This document shows positions 25,142 through 38,334 of a stretch of DNA of 64,000 nucleotides, in pieces. Origin of the DNA: Camelus ferus (Eukaryota); assembly GCF_009834535.1 (NCBI RefSeq), contig NC_045696.1, positions 68,822,001 to 68,886,000 of the forward strand. Reading direction: 5' to 3'. The first letter of the stretch is position 1. Every line of letters begins with the position of its first letter. The position numbers were made by a program, and so were the translations under genes. The notes below the pieces were generated by a model that was given only the letters and a program-made list of their open reading frames with translations, did not search any database and was not told the origin of the DNA.

Positions 25142-25584
25142 TCATGTTTTCCCAAAGGTTTTCTTTGATGACATTCAATTATATATAAAAAATATATTTA
25201 CAAGTTTCCCTAGATAGACCTCTCAGTAGCTATTAAGACATCAAGAGACAGAGGAGAGATGATTCTGTTGACTAAACTGAGAGTTCCTGGAATCATGAGA
25301 TCTTTGTGATCCAATGGCTCACCCTCCACATCTCCTCATTGTATTTTAGGACCTTTGAAGAATATGCAGAATGTGGAAATACCACACCTCTGAGCACAGC
25401 AATGCTTGGCTCCTTGCCTAAGGAGAGAAGCAGGTGAGGAATCAGCTAATTATATATTAATGGGTGCTCTGGGACTGCTTTTACAGGTGCCCTGGAAGGG
25501 CTGGAGCAGGTGGATGTGGGGATGCAGAGAACAGAGGCTGTGTTAATTTGACAAGAGTAGGAGACTTAGAGAAGGAGGTTCTAA

Positions 25585-25868
25585 ATCTGTGTTGTCTAGT
25601 TCCTTGCCACAAACTACAGGTGGCTATTGAGCACTCGAAATGTGGCTGTCTGAAATATGATGTGCTCTAAATGTACAAAGCAACCAGATTCCAAATTCTT
25701 TCTTTTTAGAGTAAGTCTATTTTTATAAGTTAATTGCATGTTGAAATGGTATTTTGGATATATTGAACATATTAAAATTTCACTTGTTCATTTCTACTTT
25801 TTGACATGACTACTAGAAAATTTGAATTATACTTGTGCTCACATTACGTTTCTTTTGGAGAGCTCTGT
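25585..25868. mobile_element. MER33/MER3-like hAT MITE
   Basis: gtggctattgagcactcgaaatgtggct...actagaaaatttgaattatac. Confidence 0.75.
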
Positions 25869-27459
25869 TCTAAAGTTTTTGGAATATTGGAAGCTACTTG
25901 CTTTAAAAGTTCAGAAAATGTTTCATCTCCCTCAAAAAACTCACACTGCCTTTCATCTCCCAGAAAGCACCCCTACCTGCTGTTAAAATATCACCCACAT
26001 AACCCAGCTAACCCCCAGCTAAAGGCCTTAGCATTTAAAGAAGTGCCACCTAACCGGAAGTAGTCTAGGATAGACTTACAATCACTTTTACAGGAAAGGA
26101 ATGCTCAAACTTCTGTCAGCTGTTGCCACTAGAATCAGTTCAGTTGCTGGTAGAGGTATTTCTGCTACTTTGGCTCTTTATTTGGTCAGATTAGCAGAAG
26201 CGAACTATTGAGAAACTATAGGAAAAGGAAGGAAGAAGTAAGTGAGGGTGGGTGGTCACCTCACCAGCCTTCACTCCAAATCGTTACATTGTTCCAAACG
26301 ATGGGATTACAGCAGCCTTGGCCTGGCTGCTTTTTGTCAATCCCATCACCTTGAAAAGTAACTAGCTTTAGTGAAGAAACTGCCTGGTCCTCCAGTCTGA
26401 AGGAGAGCCAAGAACAGAATTAAAGCTCTTACTTAAGCAGCTTCCCTTAGTTGTGAAATGCACACCTGTGGACTCCAGTATCTTCATCTTAAGTTTCAAA
26501 TGGCCCTTAAAAGCAGTGTGGTGAGTGAAGATGTGAGCTCTAAACCAATGTGAATTAGATGCTCATCTTAACCCAAACCTCCTAGAGCCTCTCGTTCCCT
26601 GGAAAGTAGCTCTAAATGTGTATGTAAGGCCCTGAGGCCCAGGCCTGTTCTGGTGTGCGAGTCTCAGTATCAGTGGATTGCCTCAAAGAACTGTCTTGAA
26701 AGGGATCTGCCCAGCCGCTGGGGTTGCAGCCAGAGCATTGGCTGCCGTTTCTCCCATCCTTTGGGGAGGTGCCGTCACCGGCATGGTTCTGTTTGTTTTC
26801 ATATTGCCTACATTTTCTGAAGTGATTCAGTTTTAGGTTTGTGTCTTCCCCTGGAAAGATTTGGCTTTGTGAGCTATTTCACCCAAGTTTGCTCCCTGCT
26901 GCTTACCCCTTCACCCGTGAGGCTCACTCTCAGCTGTGCCCTTGAACCGCATTGCCTCATGAGCTACACTGATTGACCAAAGCCCAGAACCTGGATCTCC
27001 AGCCCCTCAGAAACTTGCGGATGACCAAGATGAGACTCTGTCCCATCAGTGTGGGAGGACCTACCATCACGTGGACATGTCTAGACAAGAGATAAAGAAA
27101 GTTTTAAGCAGAAAAGCCTTGGCAAGTTGAGTTGGAGAGAATCTCAGCTCAAAATGCTGTCTGAACTTCCGTGATTTCACCCAGCTTGCAAAGGCCAGGC
27201 TTCTGTTTATCTCTCAACCACGATCAAGTCAGCACTCCAAGATAGGATTCAGGTGTCCCCAGCAAAGAATGTGAACTATTTGGGAATCCACAGAAGTGAT
27301 GCTTTGGGGAGAATAACTTGGAATTCTGGACTTTTTGCAATTTCCAGGAGGCTGAAGCTCAGGCATTGCCCCCAGCACCAAGTAAGATATCTATCAAATA
27401 GATGTGTCCTAAGAAGAGCTGGCTTGGTCTTGTCCTGATCTTTGACTTTTGCCAGTGAC

Positions 27460-29245
27460 AGTATCTTGGCCTATAGTTTTCTTTGTTAGAAATTTTCAAC
27501 TACAAAGTCAGTATCTTTACTAGATATAAATTTGTCCAATAATTTGCTCCTCTGTAATGTATTTTTTTCTTGTGGCCATTGGCAATATTTTCTTTTTAAC
27601 TTTGATTTTTTTCAGCAATTTGGATATGATGTGTCAGGGTGTGTATTTTTTGGTTTATCCTGCTTGAAAATCTTTTCCTTCAATCTATAGTTTGGTATAT
27701 TTCATTATTTGGGAGGAAGATTCAGCAATTCTTTCTTCAAATATTTCTTCTGCTGTTCTCCTTCTGGGATTCTAAATCCCTGCTGGAATTTCCTATCTGT
27801 CCAGTCATGTTTTCCACTAGAACCTTTAACATATATGATTAATGATAATTATTAATCAAAGTTATTTTAAATTTCCCCTCTCATGGTTTCAGTACTTCAG
27901 TTCTCTGAGTCTGATTCTGCTGAATGCTTTCTCTGTTGACACTGGGTTGGGTTTTTTTTTTTTCTTCCTTTTTGTATGTCTCATATGCCTGGCATCTTGT
28001 GTAAGAGAGTAGAGATTACAGGAAAGAAAATGTCGGGCTCAAAATAGGCACGTTTCTTCTGCTAAGTCAGTAATGCGGTGTGCCGAATCAGTCTAACCAG
28101 TAGGTAAGGTGGGTTTGGGCTTTATTGTCTCACCCTCAGAACACAACAAGTTTTGATTCCTCTAGTATTAACGTATGCTTAGGATGTGGGCTGGAGAGTT
28201 AGAGGGATTTCCTCAATGTTCCTTTTTCACTCAGCTTCTAGCCTTCCCTGCAAACCTGCGTCACAGGGGGATCTCTCTCCGTGCTTTTGCCTTCCCCCCT
28301 GCTTGTTACCTGGTGCTTGCTAGCTTGGGAGCGGGGGCCAGGGAACTCTTAGTCATTCTGGTCCAGCCTCTTTTAGGGAAAGCCTTGTATTCTTAAGCCT
28401 TGAGAGGGGGCCTTCTCAGACCTTCAGTCTCCCTGTGGCAGACAGGATTTCTGCCTTGAATCTTTGATGGGTCTTGAGGAGATGAGAGTCTCCTAACCCT
28501 CTTCCGGTGCAGGAGCACGCTGAGTGTATTGGCAAGGGATCCTGCCCCTCCTTACCAAGAGGTAGGGGTTGTTTGTCCTCCCCTACTCCTACCTACCCTT
28601 ACTCAGTATCACCGGACCTTTGCATGTATGCTGGAGGCAACAGAATTTGCTGTCCCTTCCCTGGTGGCTTGAAGCTATTATTTATAGGTAAGGAAGGGTC
28701 TGCACAGGACTTTTGCCTTCCCCACGATGGGAGCTTACTCCCCTCCAACAGGCTTTCACCACCAACACTCTGGTCTCTTGCTTTGTCCGAGATCTTTCTC
28801 ATTGGGATCCAGTGGAGAACATGGAGAAGAGACTGAAAATGAGAGCAAACTCGTTGTCTGAGGCGCCCAGGGCTTCTGCACTCTCATGCTAGTCCACACT
28901 TGGCCTTTAACAACTTAATGATTTTAGCTGAACTCACCTTGTGTTGTACTTGATGTCTCCTCTTCTGTGCTCGCATCTTATCTCTCCTTCGTGGGGCCAG
29001 TCTCTCCTCGAATTTCAGGCTGCTTGATTAGTCTGCAACCCTAGCTGCGGTGACCCATCATCCCAGCTTGCCTGGGACTGAGGAGTTTCCCAGGACATGA
29101 CACATTCAGTGCTAAACACAGGAATGTCCACTTGGCCACCCTAATGTCTGCCCTCTGGTAGGTTCAAGAAAAGGTATTTTGTAGTTTTTCTGGTTGTTAA
29201 GGTAAGAGGGATGCTTTTTCTAGGTGTTTACGTCTTTGGCAGAAG
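27460..29245 (-). mobile_element. Old L1 5'/ORF1 region, with a MER81-like MITE at ~29047-29143
   Basis: T-rich antisense ORF1 texture; ggtgacccatcatccc..gggact..ggccacccta. Confidence 0.6.
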
Positions 29246-30099
29246 CCAAATTACTGAAATATTTATGTATATTGAATCTGAACAAAAGCGGTTCTTGAGA
29301 CAGTAGGAAGCCATATGGGGAAGCATCTGTTCTTACTAAGGCAGAGGGGTTCTCGGGAAGTCTTTCCTAGAATAGAGAGGAGGAAAAATAAGTTTAGTTT
29401 CTGCCATTCCTTTGTTTGTCAGGAGCAGATTTATCTGATTACTTAAATGAACTCTAGTTGAAGAGGTGGATTCACACCTGCTTTTTCCACAGCTCTATCC
29501 GCCATTCAGCTAGCACCCGATTTGGGCTTTACTCCCCTGCAGGCAAGTCTCTCCTATAGATTTTTGAGTGAAATTTAAAAACTTAAAAACTTAAAAACTT
29601 AAGGTCTTTTGTGGATAAGAAAGAAGGCCGAGTGCAGCAATAAGCTTTCTACAGCAAGAATACTGACCACCTCTGGGTAGATGTGTGTGTGTGCACATGC
29701 ACGTGTGACTTTGCTATTAAATGTCTGGGGACGTATTTACTTACATTGCTATGGCTAGTATATCTGCTCTTGTGTTTTTCGTTTCAGATATTGTGGGAGC
29801 CAGGAGTGTTTATGACCCCTGTAGCCAGCATTAATGGTTATGAGGTACACAGCCTCCAGGCAATGCTCCGTATTTTGTGTGATAAGGAAGGCTCTATCAT
29901 TTTCTTGGTTACTGTTTTGAGTATCCTTGAGTATCCAGGAGAAATACTTATGGCCTCTGATGAGCTTGTAAGCTGTGTATGTGATCTCTACCTATTAAAT
30001 GGTCAAGATAGTTTGATTACTACAGTAAGAACCATAAGACCAGAAGGATGTATAATCTAAATAGCTATGAGGTATATATGGTTGTAGATATAGTTATGA

Positions 30100-30365
30100 T
30101 AATAACTAAGACTTGTATAATGTTTATTGTGTGTCAGGCATTATTCTAAGAGTTTTATATTCATTAACTCATTGATAAACTTACATAGATAAACTTCATA
30201 ATGATGACTTCATAATTATGATGCTAGCTGTTACTATCCACATATTACAGATTAGTAAAATGAGGAACAAGGGGGTTTACTGGTATGTTCAAGGCCACAC
30301 TGATAGCAAGTGGCGGCACTGGGACTTGAGCCCATGCAGTCTGTTTCCAGAGTTAGTCACTATGA
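30100..30365 (-). mobile_element. MIR SINE
   Basis: tgtcaggcattattctaag...caaggccacac..agcaagtggc..gggacttgagccc. Confidence 0.75.
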
Positions 30366-30374
30366 CAGTGGCCA

Positions 30375-30660
30375 AAGACACATAAAAACAAACAAGAAAA
30401 CAAACAAAAAGGCATAAAATAAACAAACCAAATTGAAGAAAAACAAACACTAGATAGAGAGATCAAGGTAATGGTTACAAGAGACGAAGGGGAAGGTGGG
30501 AGAAGGGTGAAATGGGTAAAAGGGGTCAACTCAATCGTGACAAAAGGAAACTAAACTTTTGATGGTGACCAAGCTGTAGTGTACACAGAAGTTGAAATAT
30601 AATTGTGTACACATGAAACCTACATTATATTATAAAGTAACATTACCTCCATAATTTTTT
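30375..30660 (+). mobile_element. L1 3' UTR fragment
   Basis: aaaggggtcaact...gaagttgaaatataattgtgtacacatgaaac. Confidence 0.75.
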
Positions 30661-30688
30661 AAATTTTTTAAAAAGACACAGAAGAGTT

Positions 30689-30801
30689 GGGGAGGGTATA
30701 GCTCAGGTGGTAGAGCACATGCATGAGGTTCAATCCCCAGCACCTCCTCTAAAAAATAAATAAACCTAATTACCTCCCCTCAACAAAAGAAATCTATTAA
30801 A
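30689..30801 (+). mobile_element. Camelid tRNA-derived SINE (vic-1 type) with TSD
   Basis: ggggagggtatagctcaggtggtagag..ggttcaatcccc; TSD aaaagacacagaagag 30671-30686 / aaaagacgcagaagag 30802-30817. Confidence 0.9.
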
Positions 30802-32159
30802 AAAAGACGCAGAAGAGGGAAATGTTTCAACCTGCAGGAGGGTGTATAGGCATAGGAGTTTTATATATGCGATAAAAGGCTTTTAAATAACATTTTGATT
30901 TTAGGTTGTGTACCGAACAAAGAAGTGCAGAAAACTAAAAGAGGACATGCTAAGGAAAAGGATTCAGAAAGTTGTACAGTGATGCCTTGAATTCACTACA
31001 AGTCAGTGGAGTATGAATTACACAGACAAGCATGATCACATATTTGATGGAAACTTCATGTGATGCAGATAACTTGGTAATGGTGGAAATGTGGAAAAAA
31101 ACAGCTTGCAGGAAGATTGCTATTTCTGTGTCAAGTATTTTCTGTATAAAGTATTTTCAGTTTCAAAACTGAAGCCATTTGCCATACAGAAAAAAAAAGT
31201 GGAAAAATTTTATCAATTCCATTTATGATAAGTAAGAATAAAACCGATGAATGGTATGTATAAAGAACTTTGGTTTAAAGGTGACAAGGACATTACCAAC
31301 GCACGTGAAGCACAGCAAGATTCACAAATGACTAGAAAATCTCACAACTTTACAAACTAGTTCTTATAACCCAGAGGCCGCTTAGGGCAGTCAGGAGGTA
31401 TGCCCGCAGCTTTCGACGAGTCTGTAGCAGGGACTCTTGACTTTCTCAAGAGTGGGATGCTTTGCGGACTTGTGATTGGTTTTCAAGCCAAGTGATTATT
31501 ATAACAAATATAGCTTGTAGCTGTGAGTGGGGTGAAGTCTTTTAACCTAGCCTGAGAGTAATCACCGATATCCTCCTTATAGACCTATTGGGTGACCGAG
31601 ATGACTTTGTAGAGCTGTTAAGTGGTACTCATTTGTATAAGAACCTGATATTCTCACAAAAGTGAAAAGTGATTGTATTTGCATCTTGGCCTCTTTGGGG
31701 TAGGAAGTTCCCTGTTTCTCTTAAGGGGAAAAAAAGGAACTTTTTACATTGTGTGCTTTTTTCTTGTTTAAAGTTTCAGATAGTTTTTTAGTTTTGCATG
31801 TATTTTTACATTGGGAGTGAAGAACTAAGGCTGTAGATAGCATCGATCTCTGAGTTTTAAACAACTTTTTAAGTAAGGTTTTCAGAAACTTAGACAATTT
31901 TTCTTAATTTTGAAAGCTATTTAATTTTGTGAGCTAATTACATTAGCAACTAAAGTTTAGGAAGTTACGTCTTAGAACTTTATGACTTTTTACGCTTTCT
32001 ACTTTGGGAATTGACTTTAAATGAGGGCAGCAGGGTGATGGTGGGTAGGATTAGTGCAGTGACATGTGACATACGACTGAATGGAAAAAAGGAGAGCCAG
32101 TGACCTCACTGTGCAATCAAATATAAACATAATTTAATGATTATGCCTGTGTCATCACC

Positions 32160-33135
32160 ACTGAGATGAGAAATAGAAAATTGCCAGCATTCCAGGAAAT
32201 TACTGCATGTTGCTTCCAAATTACAGCCCTTCTCCTCGCCACAGGTGACTACTATCCTGACCCGTGTAATAATTCCTTTTTTATACCAGTGGTTCTCAAA
32301 GGATTGTCTAACATCAGCATCATCTGGGAATTTGTTAGAAATGCAAATTCTTGGGCTGCCTTCAGGCCTAATACACTTAAACATTTTTGTTGGATGCATA
32401 GTTATGTGATTAAAGTGTAAAACAGTGATTCTCCAACGTTAGCATATATCAGAATCACCTGGGTGGCCTATTAAGCTATAGATCCTAAACCCTACATCTA
32501 GGTTTCTGATAATCTCTGTTGTCTGTTTCGTTCACTAATTCTAATTTTCCTATATACTGGGTATTATTTGACTCTGTGCTAGTCATTACACATGAAAGGT
32601 TATTTTTGTAGGAGTAATCAGGCCTATAATGAAAATACTTCGCCCTGAAGAGTATTTGCATTTACTTCTGCCAGGCACCTGGGGGCACTACCAGTCTGGG
32701 ACCACCTGTTCAAAGTTTGCTGTTTCCTGGACAACTCAAGGGATTGTTAATTATGTTTTAATTCTCTTCAGATTATTCCAATTCTTGTTCACCTTCACTC
32801 TGAGATCCTGGAACCCTGGCTGGTGTGGGGGAAGGTCTCCCATCGGACTCCCCAACTTGTGTGGACCCAGAGTTTTGTTTTCTGTTCCCTTCTGCATCCT
32901 GAAAGGCCATCAGAATGGAGGTTCTAATTTTCTGAGATTCCCTCCAGGCGTGTTTACTTCTCTGGATTCTTGACTTCTCTTTACTTTTGGCTGATAATTC
33001 CTTACTATTTTTTAATCTCTTTGACGTTTTTAAAAAGATTATTCTAAATATATTTTATCCAGTGTTTTAGTTGTTTTCTGCTGTAGGACTGATGCAAACA
33101 ACGTGAACGACCATTAGCAGAAACAGGAAATCTGA
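32160..33135 (-). mobile_element. Old L1 fragments with two MER5A pieces (~32288-32365, ~32423-32510)
   Basis: cagtggttctcaaa..catcagcatcatctggga..gttagaaatgcaaatt; atcagaatcacctg. Confidence 0.65.
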
Positions 33136-34599
33136 AAAATATGCATTATTAAGGCACAGCAGTTTTTCAAAATACTGTGGTTTTTCAAAACATTAAACTA
33201 TATGGATTTTTATATCCTTTAAAAAAAAAAAAACTTCTGTTTTTAGCTTACAACTTTCCCCAGACATGGGCCACACAAGGCGGTTTTGGCACAACAAACT
33301 CTCCTTGTGAAAAGATTGCCAGGATTGTGTATTTATGACCTTTCACCACTCCAAAATGCTCCGGTACTTCCTAGTAGGCTCCAAGGAATGCTCCACAATT
33401 TCAGGAAGCCTCACAAAATGCAGAGATGTGCCTAGTACAGGATCCATTTCACAGTTTGTGGTACTTTTTGTGAGGTTTAACTTTTCCATAGCTTTGACCA
33501 GTCTGGAGACATGAAATTTAGGAAGCATCAATGGTTTACACTCTTACCCCTAGGAAGCTTTCTGTCTGGGATAGCACATGGAATGCCCCGAACTTTACTT
33601 AGTGTCAGGTTCTAAACATTTGGTGGATGATATTTTAACCACCTCCATCTCCCCCCAAAAGTGTATCACATCATCTCTTTTTCCTGATAGGTTGATCCCT
33701 TGAGGTAGGCAAGATTCTCAAGGAGAAAATACCCCTTCCCAGCCTGTTCCTGATGAGTCAGAACACATTCTTTGTGGGCCAGAATAAAGCTGTTGTATTT
33801 ATATTTAGAAATCTTTTGAAGGGGATTGGACATGGAAATACGTGAATCACACACTTGTTCATTTAGAAGGTAAACTGGCAGACTTTTCAGAGATCAGAGG
33901 TGGTTAGGATTTGGTGAGATACTTCATCGTGAGTACTCTAATTAGTGCTTAACAATTAGGATTTATAACAATCCCTGTAGGCTAGGCTTGGAGTAGGAAT
34001 AAACAAACTCTCATAGCTATTCCTAGAGTCTTTAAGGATGCTTGACAGTCACTTGATGGATGCCAGGATTCCTTGAAAGTGGTAAGGGTTGGTTGTGGTG
34101 GAGCCCACAACCCCTGTAAGCTTGTAGGTCAGGATAAAAGTCAGAATTTAACCCTGATGGCAGCAAGAATTAGCTTATCTCAGATGAAGGCTGTAACTCA
34201 ACTAGTTAGAGCAGAAAATGTCTTGAGATAGTAGAGCGGGTGCTGTTCCCCCAGTGCCTTTCTTTTCTCTCCCCAAGATGAGCCTTGAATCTGTGGGAGT
34301 ATGGGGCTGGTGCAGGTTGGGAGTCCCACCAGCTTAGAGGGGCACAAGTCTCCTCAGTCTGTTTTTTCTTTATCAGTTTAGAGGGTGATGTCATTGATAG
34401 GTAAACCAGTAAACCTATACTCTAGCCAACTTGTTACTAGACCTAAAGTTCATGTTTTGAATACAGACTTTCAAATTGAACCACAGAATGGAGGAACTCT
34501 CCAGTTCAGTTACAAATAACAGGGGGCCTCTCCATAGGGGCTTTTCAGCCACGAGACCTTTTAAATGACAAGTTAGGAGCCACCACAATCCACCCCTTA

Positions 34600-36860
34600 G
34601 TTGATAACTTTTTGTCTAGACCAACATGTTGACTCTAAAGCAACGTGATGCTGTCATTTTCGTATAACTCATCACTTAGAAATATTGATTTAATAAATAA
34701 ACTTCCTTAATATAAATGCCTACTTTACTATGAGGTATGGAGAACCAGGACCACATGAAATTCACTCAGTTTAGCCACTTCCTTATTGATATATCTTATT
34801 GAATCCCATGTGTTTTGGGAATTGTCTGGGATGTAGGTATTTTCCCTGTTCAATAGCACATGGTCCATCCTTCCTTCCCCACTAGAATATAGTATTAAGG
34901 ACATGTGGTTTTGGACCGCCGTGTATCTTATAACTACCATTTCTTCAGAACTACCGTTGCATATACAGTAGCTGTATCACAGATCTCTGAGGTTGCCTTG
35001 TCAACCTGAACTTTGGAAATTATATAGTAAATTCTCTTCCTGAGCCTAATAAGGATTTTAGGGAGCCATTTAGTGGCTCCCAGTGCTGGTCTAGTTAGTC
35101 TCCAATAGCAGCTCCCACTGTATTTCTGAGGCAGCCACTCCCTCCCCACAGGACCAGTCCTGCACCGAGTTTTCCTTCTCTTTTTCCCTCTTACCGGATT
35201 TTGTGAAAATCTTCCTGTATTTCGAAGTGAGAGACTCTACCAGAGTTCAGTAGGTGTTCTGTGTGATTCAGTGGGTTTGTAGATGTAATTCTTGGTGGAT
35301 TTGTGGGAGAGGGTGAGCTGTGAGTCTCTCTACTCCGCCATCTTGGCACCTCTGTATTTTCTCTTATAACTGCAGTAGAGCCTCCATGTATTACTACTTT
35401 TTTTTTTAGGATATTACTTTTAAATTTAGCCTTTGCATAGGCTGTCCAGTTTCTGAAATTTGCCTGATTTTTTACTTAGTAATATGATTTCCCATCCTTC
35501 AATTTTTCTGGAATAAAGTATGTATCTTCACAATTGGAATCTGTATTATTCTATATATACAGCCTCTAGACCAATTAGATAACTTGGCATATAACCAAAT
35601 TTGTGCAATTTAGTCTTTTCTTGAGAAAAGTCAGTTATTACAGGTGTTCTGAATCACCTGAGCTATCTCGTGCGATCATTTCTTCAGGGTGGAGCTGCTG
35701 TCATAACCAGTGCTGTTGTACTGGAATGAGGACCTCCGGCTTATTGGCTATAACCTTATTTAAACTGGTATTATAGCCAGACTTTCTAGAATTTATCTTC
35801 ACTCTCTTTAATGAGGGTAATAAATACCTGTTTGAATTTCTTTCTAAGTTTCCATGCAAGTTAGTGTCGGCTAACAGCTGTATGTCATTGGCATTGAACT
35901 TCTGGGCAATGCTGGGTAAGCGCTCCTAGTCCAGGAGTCTCCAGGGGATAGCAGTCTACTAGCCCACTTTACTGGGAGCTAATACCTGGACTGGTTCAAA
36001 AATATCTTTGTCCTACTGCACATCTCTGTCTTACTCCAAAAGGTTTTCATTGAGAAGACTTTTAAATGAGAATGATTTCAAGAACCCTAGCTAGTACAAC
36101 TGGTACTCTCATTGGGTTTGGAAGCAGCCCAGTTGATTTCTTCCCCTATATCCTTCCAAGCTTTTTCTGAGTGGTTGGAGCCAATTAGCCAACAGTAGAA
36201 TTTGTTACAGAAGGAATGGTGAAATCATATCCAAAGAGTAGATCAAAGTCAGCTAAAGGTTCTTTTTTCTGTGGGGAAAAGAGGAGAGGATGGGGCGGAG
36301 ACAGTAGTGTGTCTTCCCTGTCTTTATTACCTATTTGGTGTTTCCAGGCCTGTCTTTTATCTCTGTGAGCCCATAAACTCCTGCAGGGGTACTTGTGGCT
36401 TGGTTTCCATGAAACATTTGTGTCTCAACCACACCCCACTCTGTACCCCACCCTACATACCCACTAGTCTGTTACTTGCATATGAAGCCTCCTGCTCCCC
36501 TGTGTTCCCAGTGGGGAAAGTGTCCTAATCTGAGGACACTGGCCTCCCTACTAGGGCATTTGTCTCAGAACTGTCTGAAGTTTGGAGATTAGGGTTCAAA
36601 AGCAGACAGTAAGGTTGGAAATCTCTATCAGTTTTCTTGGTATTTCCTTACCATAATATTTATGGATTGCCCATTAATTTGGGCTTTTTGCACCGTATCT
36701 TTTAATGGCCAGACCAATAGGTCTTTCTACTGAGAACATCTTCTTTCTCTTTTTTATATTTCCCCTCATTTTCCTTTGGTTATTTTGGGAACTGAAATTT
36801 CCAGAAGTCTTCCTAAGCTATATTTCCCAAAACTGTGTATAGCAGGGACTTCTAGTTAAC
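34600..36860 (-). mobile_element. Heavily deleted class III (ERV-L/ERV-S-like) provirus: gag, pro, pol and env remnants
   Basis: gag KDLLVWPLKDTVQKAQINGQSINIMVRKY 36726-36631; TAG near 36550 then GSRRLHMQVT (protease N-term); LFGY..IP (RT) ~36230; env WLPQKYSGSCY..RLRKR (35047-35033) and TAVQNHMSL..TYIPDNS. Confidence 0.7.
35143..35352 (-). mobile_element. Isolated first ~200 nt of an L1 5' UTR
   Basis: Reverse complement begins gaggtgccaagatggcggagtag..ctcaccctctcccacaaa. Confidence 0.8.
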
Positions 36861-36864
36861 TACC

Positions 36865-37410
36865 CCTCTTTACTCTTTTTTTCTTTTTATTAACAGAATC
36901 CTGATTTGCATGAGATGGCAATGTGCTCAGCCAAAAAACTACATTGTCCATCCTCCACTACTGATAAGGATGACAGTGTGACACAGTCCTTGTCATTGTC
37001 TAACTAATGGTGTTAAGAGGGGTTCCTAGTAAAGCTCCTTAAAAGGGGATAGCTTCAGGGCATGTGCCCCGTGGCCCTAGTTTCTACCCCTTTTTTCTGT
37101 GTGCATCTTAGAGGAGATGCTGGACAGAATAGACATCTAGCAACAAGGTGACCATGTGAGGAAAGCCAAGAAAATAGCTTGGGTCACGTCTGAAAAGGCT
37201 GGGCTAACAGGCAGATGGGCCCTAAGTATGAACTCAGACTCCATGATTTTTGCACACTACCACCACCCCTGCCACCTTGGGGTTGGAGGGGGAAGAGTCC
37301 CTTTGTCACTACAGGTCCATACTGCTCACGTATCTGTAACATCTTTTGCAGTAGGACTGTGCTGCCATAATTTACTCTTACCATCTGAGACCTAGACTTT
37401 TTTTTGCATC
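36865..37410 (+). mobile_element. MLT1J-like LTR
   Basis: aacagaatcctgattt..ggcaatgtgctcagccaaaaaactacatt. Confidence 0.65.
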
Positions 37411-38334
37411 TAAATCCAGTAAAAATAATTCTGTGGTCTCTTTATCCTCAGTTCAGAAGTTGACATTTCTTACTAACAGACTATCTAAAACCCTCCAGAG
37501 GAGTGGGGGAACACAATTTGAAGTCAGTTCAGTAGACAGCAAGTTTGTTGACAATTAGATTAAAAAAGATTAATATCCATAGCTACTGGCTTTTAAAATA
37601 GTAGTATGAATATACCATAAAATGGTTTTACAATATATTACCAGTTTTAAATATATATGTTTGTGTTTTAAGTTTTGTGGAGCTGAATTATTTTCTTTTT
37701 AGATTCTTGTTTATTTTCAACCAGCTATTTCTATTTTGTATTACTTGTAGTAGAATACTGGAACAGATTTAAGATCTCCAAATATGAAGGGTTATTGTGA
37801 CAACTTACAAAGTTCAAAAAAAATTCATGTATTAAAAATTGTGATTATAAAATTGTATCTACAAATGTCTCAGTTTATAGAAGGTTAATATCTGTGTGTA
37901 CATATATATTATCTAGAACAAGCTATTTTATTTCTAGATAAGTGGAATTATAGTTTTTAGTGTTCTTTTTAAAAAATTTTTTTCTATAGCGAATTAACTT
38001 TTTTTGTAAGAACAATTTTTTAAAGATAAAAATTCCTCTTAATGGGTAGTTAACAAGAGAAGGAGAAGAGCATTGCTGAGAAACAAATAGCAGGAACCTC
38101 AGGAACCAAGGGGCACTTACTTTTGTTGCTGGGGCACCATCATAGCTGCCGGATGGCTCAGGTTACGGTGGACTCCAGAAATGCTCCTGAGCTGCTGTGG
38201 GATCTGAAAGGCGGTGAGCCCTGACTGTCGTTGCTGGGGATGCTCTTTCTAGTCTGCTTTTACTTCTTAACTTCCTCAAGTTACCTTCCCCCATCCCATG
38301 TGAAAATATCTCTCTGATCCTTAAAAACTACTTT

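Larger units (their letters stand above)
26837..32130 (+). pseudogene. Decayed SCAN-KRAB-C2H2 (ZKSCAN-type) gene downstream of the CpG promoter (unit B)
   Basis: 545-nt weakly SCAN-like exon 26837-27381 (GTAAGA donor); 50-nt phase 1-to-0 exon 29493-29542 (ALSAIQ..PLQ); ~129-nt KRAB-A-like exon 29788-29916; terminal exon from 30905 (GCVPNKEV..KEKDS) with CYFCVKYF..H 31118-31185, HSKIH 31311-31325 and TCDI..SDLTV 32062-32130. Confidence 0.5.

Noticed and set aside
29577..29603. (AAAAACTT)x3 tandem repeat
   Set aside because: Simple slippage repeat without spacers; no CRISPR-like array is visible anywhere in the window.
30905..31350. BED-finger/transposase N-terminus reading (LYKVFSVSKLKP)
   Set aside because: C-x2-C-x3-F spacing, HSKIH and EKPYEC-like nucleotide matches fit tandem C2H2 fingers better.
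33343..33531. FHVS motif suggesting a 2H phosphoesterase accessory ORF of the ERV
   Set aside because: A single 4-residue motif with no second HxS/T; the region is better explained as unit C's terminal exon or non-coding DNA.
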